Shown here: positions 56,733 through 64,000 of the stretch, one piece after another | Layout of the letters: the number at the start of each line of letters is the position of its first letter | Position numbering within the stretch: position 1 is the stretch's first letter | From: Nitrospirota bacterium | GTDB lineage: Bacteria; Nitrospirota; UBA9217 | NCBI GenBank assembly: GCA_963818475.1 | Contig: CAWFSF010000006.1 | Location: forward strand, 1,952,001-2,016,000 | Reading direction: 5' to 3' | Length of the DNA stretch: 64,000 nucleotides | The notes under the pieces: model-generated | The model's input: the letters and a program-made list of their open reading frames with translations, nothing else | The model's database searches: none | Told to the model about the DNA's origin: nothing | Made by a program: the position numbers and the translations under genes

Positions 56733-59391
56733 TCGGCCTCCTTTGATTCGTAAACCAGTCCCAGGTCGTCATCCAGGCGCACCATCGCATCCTCCGTCCA
56801 GCGGCCCTCCGCGTTCAGCACCAGCGGGAAACAATTGCGCAAGAGCGGCGATTTCTTCCAGCCTTCCGGTACACCCAGCTTCTGAAGTTTCTTGACCACA
56901 CCCTTTCGCGAAAGACTCATGGCCCGCAGGAACCACTGTTTGGCCTGGGCGAAATCCGGCGTTGCTTCAGGACCGAATCCATCTTCCGGCAATAACGGAA
57001 TAGCGACGATCGAGTCTTCACCAAGTCTGGTCTGGGCCATGAGGGTTCGATGCACACCGGGTTCATCTTCGTCGTAAAGAACGAATCTCGCCGGATCGTT
57101 CCACGATGCGTCGTCGGGAAAGCCAATGATCGCCTGGTTCGCCTGCCCCTTGTGGGCAAGGTCTTCTCCGTCTTCGTGCCACCAAGGCTTTCTCCAGTCG
57201 CTCCTGCAGGGATTCCGGCACATCCACCTGCTCTTCGTACACCGCTTGCACCAAGCTGTCGATTTCGTCCGGCAGCATCAGATTGCTCTGCCGCTCGCGA
57301 AGCAGACACCATGTGCGCAAGAGCAGGTCTTCGCGGTACACCGTCCCCCACCATAACGGCTTTCCGAATGACGGCGGCTCGTCGCCGGTCAGTCCCGCCA
57401 CCAGGAGGATCGGCTCGGAAACAGGTCTGGAGTCCCGCGCATGCCGCCACAAGCGCCCCGCTCGCTGGAGCACGAGGTCAATGGGCGCGAGGTCGGTTAC
57501 GATCAGGTCGAAGTCGAGATCAAGGCTCTGCTCCGCCACTTGGGTGGCAATGAGGATTTTTCGGCCGTCCCGATTTCCACCCTCACCGAAAGGTCTCCAA
57601 GGCCTGGTCCTCGCGCTTCTGCCGCCGGTCAGCCGGAAAACGGGCGTGGAAGAGAAACACTTCCGTCCCATCGGACAGACGCTTGCCGACACGCTGGCCT
57701 TCGCGTTCCAGAGGCTCACCCTCGGGAAAAAGCCGGTACAAGTTCTTGGGCGCGCTGCACCGTATTGACAAGCGCCAGCCCCATTCCGCCACTGGCAGAT
57801 GCTCCTCCAAAGCAGAGCGCATGCCGGCAGATCCGGGGGAATTCCCTGCAACGCAAGAGTCAGGCGGCGCGCAGGATCGGCCTCGAAATGTATTTGATCC
57901 ACCTTTCACCGGGACAGAATACGGAAAGGCGCGGATATTCCTACCTCTTGTTCCGGCAAGTCGGCGTTCACCACTCCTGCCAACTTGCGCCGAATGGAAG
58001 GCGGCAGGGTCGCCGAGAGAAGCACCACCGACGAGCCCAGCGCCAGAAGCCAGCGCAGCAGGTGAACCAGGAGCGTGCCCGTGTAGGCATCGTATGCGTG
58101 GATCTCGTCGAAGACCACCACCCGGTTCGCAAGCCCCCACAGCCGCACAAAGTTGTGCCGCACGGGCAGAATGGGCAGCAGAGCCTGGTCCACCGTTCCC
58201 ACACCGTATTCCGAAAGGAGCGCCCGCTTCTTGTGGGTGAACCATTCTCCTGCGCGAATCTCGCCGCCTGTTTCGGAATCGTGAATGCCCGAAAGACGCA
58301 GATTCTGGAAGGTGTCGTTAAGCAGCGTCGCTCCGTGCAACAGTTGCAGGTCGAGCTTTCGATTCGTTCCCTGGCTCGCGCAAAAACTTGAGGGTTCGCT
58401 TGAACATGGCATTTCCGGTGGCCTTGGTCGGCAGGGCCACATACAAGCCACGATGCCCGAAACGTCGCTGCATTTCCAGATGCGCAAAGAAGGCCGCCTC
58501 GGTCTTGCCCTCGCCCATGGGAGCTTCGACCAGGAGAATGGCGGGCTCCTTCAAATCAGCCAAGAGCATCGGCAACCGCCTGCTGCAAGGGGCGGGGAGC
58601 GAAACCAAATACCTGCTCGAAGGACTTTGGCTCTGAGGAAAGCGGGGTTCGGGGTTCCCATCCGATGGCGTCCAGGGCTTGTTCGGCAATGGCTCTGCGC
58701 TTTTGAAACCATCCCTGCAAGATCATCGCAGTCCTCGGAGGTACCAAAGGGGAACCAATCTTCGTTGGAGCCAATCCAGTCGGCAAAGCTCGTGAGTCCC
58801 GACAACAGCATGAATTCGGGGCCGGAAAGAGTCTGTTTGACGGGAATCTTGCCTGGTTTGAAGACCTCCAGCAAATCATCCACGAGATCTCGACGAGCTT
58901 GCGCCCAGTCATCACTGCCAATGGCACGCCTGTCTCCCTTCAGGTTATCGAGAGTGCTCGGAGAAGCACGGCTCCCATGGTGACATCCCACCGCATCGGC
59001 CACCAAGTCGGCCAATTCATCAGGCCAGCCCTTTCCTGCAATAGCTCCGCCAGAGCAATCTGGCTCACGAAAGCGTGGTTGATCTTCGGTATTTGGACTT
59101 CGAGGCAGATTGCAGCCCTGTCAGGGAGCTTCCGGCCACTTACATTGGAAACCCGGACAGGCCTTTCCCAGATCATGGCAGGCAACCACAAGCAAGATCC
59201 AGGGTCGCGCATCTTCCCAATCCATCCCCAAGCATTGCTGCCATCCTTATGCGAGTAGATTCCGGTTCACGAGCCAGGATGGCGTCCGCACTGGCAGCCA
59301 CATCCAGCATGTGGAGAATCAGGGGATGCCACGCGGTTTTATCAACCTTGGACGTTTTCGCCCAAAGGTTGGCGTAAGTTTTATCCATCAT
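56729..59391 (-). CDS. cas3: Cas3 HD nuclease-helicase (multiple frameshifts)
   Basis: [71 protein letters not shown]. Confidence 0.95.
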
Positions 59392-59948
59392 CTTTTCATC
59401 ATCTCCAACCATATCCTCGCCACCAATCTCGCGTCGTCAAGTGCACGGTGGCGCATGGTTTGCTCGGGTATTCTGCCGAACAAATGCCGGTAGACAGTTT
59501 CAAGTTTGTGATTCCGCAGCTTCGGATACAGTCTCCTGCTCAATTCCAGCGTGCAGTGACAAGGATTCGTCAGCCCCATGCCGAGCCGCAGGAATTCATG
59601 GCTGATGAATCCCATGTCGAATCTCGCGTTATGGGCCACCAACGCACAGTCCGCAATGAACTTCCTGAATTCCGGCATGACCTCGTCCGCTCTCGGTTTA
59701 CCAAGCAGCATCTCTTCGCTAATTCCGTGCACCTGTTGCGCCGCCCAATGAATCCGCTCTTTCACATTGATGAGACAATGAAATTCCTCGCAAAGATTCA
59801 TCCCTTCCACCGCAACCGCGCCGATTTCGATGATCCGATCTCCACGCGTTGTCGAAAGTCCGGTTGTTTCCACGTCGACGGCGATGAATCGCCCCGCAGC
59901 TCTCGTGCACCTATCTCCCTCATCATCTTTTACGGTTTTTCGTCTCAT
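59388..59948 (-). CDS. DEDDh 3'-5' exonuclease (DnaQ-like), translationally coupled to cas3
   Basis: AVDVETTG, AHNARFD, HRALDD; its TGA overlaps the cas3 ATG (ATGA). Confidence 0.92.
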   Translation of the reverse strand: MRRKTVKDDEGDRCTRAAGRFIAVDVETTGLSTTRGDRIIEIGAVAVEGMNLCEEFHCLINVKERIHWAAQQVHGISEEMLLGKPRADEVMPEFRKFIADCALVAHNARFDMGFISHEFLRLGMGLTNPCHCTLELSRRLYPKLRNHKLETVYRHLFGRIPEQTMRHRALDDARLVARIWLEMMKR

Positions 59949-60061
59949 ATCCTACCAAATGCCAGGCTCAAAACGTGAGCCTGCGAAAAAGAATTTGGAG
60001 AATTGCACTTCGAGAAAAGACTGCCATCTGCCGGCAAGTCTTCACAGCAGTTGTTGGGAGA

Positions 60062-60107
60062 ATTATAGAGTATGCCGCGTTACCTGTCACCTGTCAGAAG
60101 TGACAGG
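60062..60107 (-). promoter_or_regulatory. cas operon promoter with inverted-repeat operator
   Basis: GTGACA (60090-60085), 17 bp, TATAAT (60067-60062); palindrome CCTGTCAC-N9-GTGACAGG (60083-60107) covers the -35. Confidence 0.7.
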
Positions 60108-60167
60108 GTAAGATCAGGCGGGTGAATGCGACAACAAAGGCAATTTCTCAGGCTGTAGCGCAGACAT

Positions 60168-61158
<991 letters not shown>

Positions 61159-61309
61159 GGGCCTCCATTCCTGAAATGCCTTTGAGCTCAGTTCTGGAAG
61201 AGGCTATCAGATGGAGCGGGAAATAGCAATACCCCGAAAATACCCCGCTATGCCGCGAGACATACCAAGATTCAAATTGACTCTCTTCACTAAAAAGGTT
61301 AATTTGACG

Positions 61310-62100
61310 ATGATGAAACAGCCGTTGAAATATACAAGCTCCTCCCCAAAACGAACTGCGGCAAATGCGGCACCACGAGCTGCTTCGGCTTCGCCGCCAG
61401 ACTGGCCTCTCACCAGGCCTCTCCTGACGACTGCCCGGCCATGACCGCCTCGGCCCGTGAAGCGCTGAAAGAAGCTGATGCGAACAGGAGCGCATCGCCG
61501 GGGACCGTGTACGAGCAGGCGCTCCGGTCGCTGCAGCCGAAGATCCAGGCACTGGACTTCCGGAAGACTGCAGCCCTCTTCGGCGCCACACTCACCGGCC
61601 CTGACAGCCTTGAGCTGACGTTCCTGAACGAGCAGTACCATATTACGAAAGAGAAGATAACCAACCCGTCCGGAGCAGAACCGCGCCCCTGGATCTCGAT
61701 CCTGATCTACAATCATCTCTGCATGCCCGATCCGCCCGCGCCCGCAGGCGAATGGATAACCTTCAGTTCGATACCCGCGTCCCATGCAAAGGACAAGGCC
61801 TGGGCAGGCCATGTCGAAGACGTGATCGCCAAACAGTTTGCGGGGAACGTTGCCGCCTTAAAGACAGCCTGCGAAAAGTTCGGCGGTGTGCCCAGTGAGT
61901 TCAGCGGCAGCCATGACGCGGCATACGAGTTCCGGTTCTTTCCTCACTATCCGGCGCTGCTGTTATTCTACGATGCTGTTGCAGAAGAGAATTTCCCTGC
62001 CCAGTGCAAACTGCTGCTCGACAGGACTGCGCCGCGCTATCTGGATATCGAGTCTATCGTGGTGTTGGGAGAGGAGTTTGCGGGGAGATTAACGGGGTGA
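61310..62100 (+). CDS. Fe-S-binding domain + DUF3786-like protein (5' frameshift)
   Basis: EIYKLLPKTNCGKCG..SCFGFA..CP (4Fe-4S-type motif); ILIYNHL, EWITF..IP, EENFPAQCKLLLD, YLDIES. Confidence 0.8.
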
Positions 62101-62122
62101 TGCGTAGGGAGTTGGACTTCGC

Positions 62123-62195
62123 TGTCATTCTGAGCAACGCGAAGAATCTCGGTTTTAGCAATTAGTTCAGATCCTTCACTTCGTTCAGGATGACA
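62123..62195. repeat. GTCATTCTGAG-type palindrome pair downstream of the GIY-YIG remnant
   Basis: TGTCATTCTGAGCAACGCGAAGAATCT..AGATCCTTCACTTCGTTCAGGATGACA. Confidence 0.75.
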
Positions 62196-62220
62196 CCTCA
62201 AATGCTTTTCAAATAGTCTA

Positions 62221-62529
62221 TTAAAACCATTCAGAGCTCAGATCTTTCCATTCTGGGTATCTTACTGATTCGCAAGTCCGATCTCTGTTGATCTTCGCGC
62301 CATCCTTTTAGATACTGTTTGAATCTCTGCTTATGGTCCCGCCGTTACCATCTGCGATGTTCAGGCAAATAGACGAAGCCGCGTCATATTGTAAGTTGAC
62401 GTAAATCCGGAAACGAGCTTCTGTTTGGAAATGTCTTAGTAGACGCTAGACAAAATCAAGATTATTCGAAAGCTCCTGTGTAAAGAGTTTTCGAGTTGTT
62501 CGTCAGAAATAAACGTAGAATTGCTTCAT
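62221..62529 (-). pseudogene. Degenerate small GIY-YIG nuclease gene
   Basis: Across frames: MKQFYVY..TNNSKTLYTG, SGFTSTYNMTRL, KGW, PEWKDLSSEWF*. Confidence 0.7.
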
Positions 62530-62583
62530 GTCGTTTGTTTCAGTGTCAGATTCTTCGTGGAACTCACCCGCCAGGGAAAGACG

Positions 62584-62610
62584 AGATTCTTCGCTCCGCT
62601 CAGAATGACG
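62584..62610. repeat. GTCATTCTGAG-type arm upstream of the GIY-YIG remnant
   Basis: AGATTCTTCGCTCCGCTCAGAATGACG, the inverted complement of 62124-62149. Confidence 0.75.
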
Positions 62611-62634
62611 CCGAAAACAATGACAAAGACCTTG

Positions 62635-63394
62635 TCAGCGTTTAACGGCATAAATGAGAAATTCCACATTCCCGTCCTGCCCGGTGATCGGCGATGGAAT
62701 GACGCCTTTAACGTCAAAACCCTGTTCCTGAACAAATGATCGTGATCCTTTCGACCGCCGCCTGCCTCGCCGCCTCATCCCGCACGATGCCGCCTTTGCC
62801 CACCTGCTCCCGCCCAACCTCGAACTGCGGTTTGATGAGCGCAACAAGCTCCGCACCGGGCCTCAGAAATTGCAGAATGGAGGGGATCACTTTTTCGAGC
62901 GAGATGAACGACACATCGATGACCGCGATATCGACCGGCTCCGGGACCAGTGCAGGTTCGATCGCGCGGATGTTCACCCGTTCGATCGTCACAACGCGCG
63001 GGTCCTGCCGGATCTTCCAGGCCATCTGGCCGTAGCCCACATCCACGGCATATACTTTTTTCGCGCCGTGCTGCAGCAGGCAGTCCGTGAACCCGCCGGT
63101 AGAGGCGCCCACATCGAGCGCAACCTTGCCGTCTGCGGACAGTCCGAACTCCTTCAGGGCCGCTGCAAGCTTCAGCCCTCCCCTGCTTACATAGGGAAGG
63201 ACCTCGCCGAGGATACGGATCTCCGCATCTTCCGGCACGAGCGCACCGGCCTTGTCCTGCTTCTGGCCGTTCACCAGGATCTGGCCCGCCAGGATCAAGG
63301 CATGCCCGCGTTCGCGGCTTTCAACGAGGCCGCGGTCGACCAGGAGCCGGTCGATGCGGATTTTTCCCGTCTTCTGTTTTTTTTCATCAGACAT
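62635..63394 (-). CDS. tlyA: TlyA family rRNA methyltransferase (frameshift near 62735)
   Basis: S4 domain, YVSRGGLKL, LDVGASTGGFTD, DVSFISL, IKPQFE, SPITGQDGNVEF. Confidence 0.95.
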
Positions 63395-63588
63395 GATCAC
63401 CTTTAATTGACCATGCAGCGGCAGCTGGCGCAGATGAACGCGGATTATCGCTGATAAAACCAATACAGATTTATCTGCGTCCATGCGTTTTTCAGGATCG
63501 ACACGCACCCGCGATCATAAAAAAAGGCGCCAAGAAATCTTTTAGCGCCTTTTGCGTATCCCATCAGCTCCGTTACTCCGAACTTTTA

Positions 63589-64000
63589 TCATGCATCTTT
63601 GGCTTTTAGGTTCACCACCGGCGGCACTGCCTTGAGCCGGGACTGCATGACGAACTCTCTGACCGAGGCATAGATCCCGTCGGCGTCCAGTCCATACTTT
63701 TTCCGGAGCAGGGCCTGCGTACCGTGCTCGATGTACGAGTCAGGCAACCCGATCCGCAGCGACTTCACGCCGGTCATGCCTGCCGCGTCAAGGCTTTCGA
63801 GCACGGCGCTCCCGAAACCGCCCATCAGCGCATGTTCCTCCACCGTGACCACTCTGCCGGTCTTTTTAGCGACCCGCTGGATCAGTTCCCCGTCGAGCGG
63901 CTTCACGAACCGGGCGTTCACCACTGCTGCCGAGATGCCGTCACCAGCCAGCCGCTTTGCCGCCTCCATCGCAGGGTAGACCATATTGCCGATGGGAATG
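63589..64000 (-). CDS. dxs: 1-deoxy-D-xylulose-5-phosphate synthase, 3' part (runs off the window)
   Basis: [37 protein letters not shown]; dxs-tlyA adjacency. Confidence 0.9.
   Translation of the reverse strand, partial: IPIGNMVYPAMEAAKRLAGDGISAAVVNARFVKPLDGELIQRVAKKTGRVVTVEEHALMGGFGSAVLESLDAAGMTGVKSLRIGLPDSYIEHGTQALLRKKYGLDADGIYASVREFVMQSRLKAVPPVVNLKAKDA

Overview
Bacterial chromosomal window, mostly GC-rich with AT-richer patches. The gene content suggests an anaerobic Nitrospirota- or Desulfobacterota-like organism (inference only). Many conserved genes (acs, actP, dksA, dinB, cas1, cas3, tlyA and others) carry clustered single-base frameshifts, which points to an unpolished long-read consensus rather than true decay. 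From left to right: lipoprotein, MITE-like element, higBA, GH100-like glycosidase; an ion-homeostasis cluster (mscS, Na/Ca exchanger, CPA2 antiporter with a riboswitch-like leader, nhaD); an acs-actP-DUF485-DEDDh-CBS/DUF294 acetate cluster; TPR protein, eptA, dksA, ChaN-PDZ lipoprotein; an OsmC/ArsR/DsrE/NifX/DUF134 cluster; a large two-component signalling island including two sigma54-driven Cys-rich two-CW genes; a dinB-four-helix-bundle-lexA SOS operon; hemerythrin; a complete type I-E CRISPR-Cas locus (about 74 repeats) led by a WYL regulator and a DEDDh exonuclease; a DUF3786 protein, a GIY-YIG remnant, tlyA and the 3' end of dxs. The most striking unexplained structure is a set of short-period (7/8/9-mer) and CGTC-type inverted repeats. 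These occur either empty or bracketing small cargo genes (four-helix bundle, GIY-YIG, two-CW pair).
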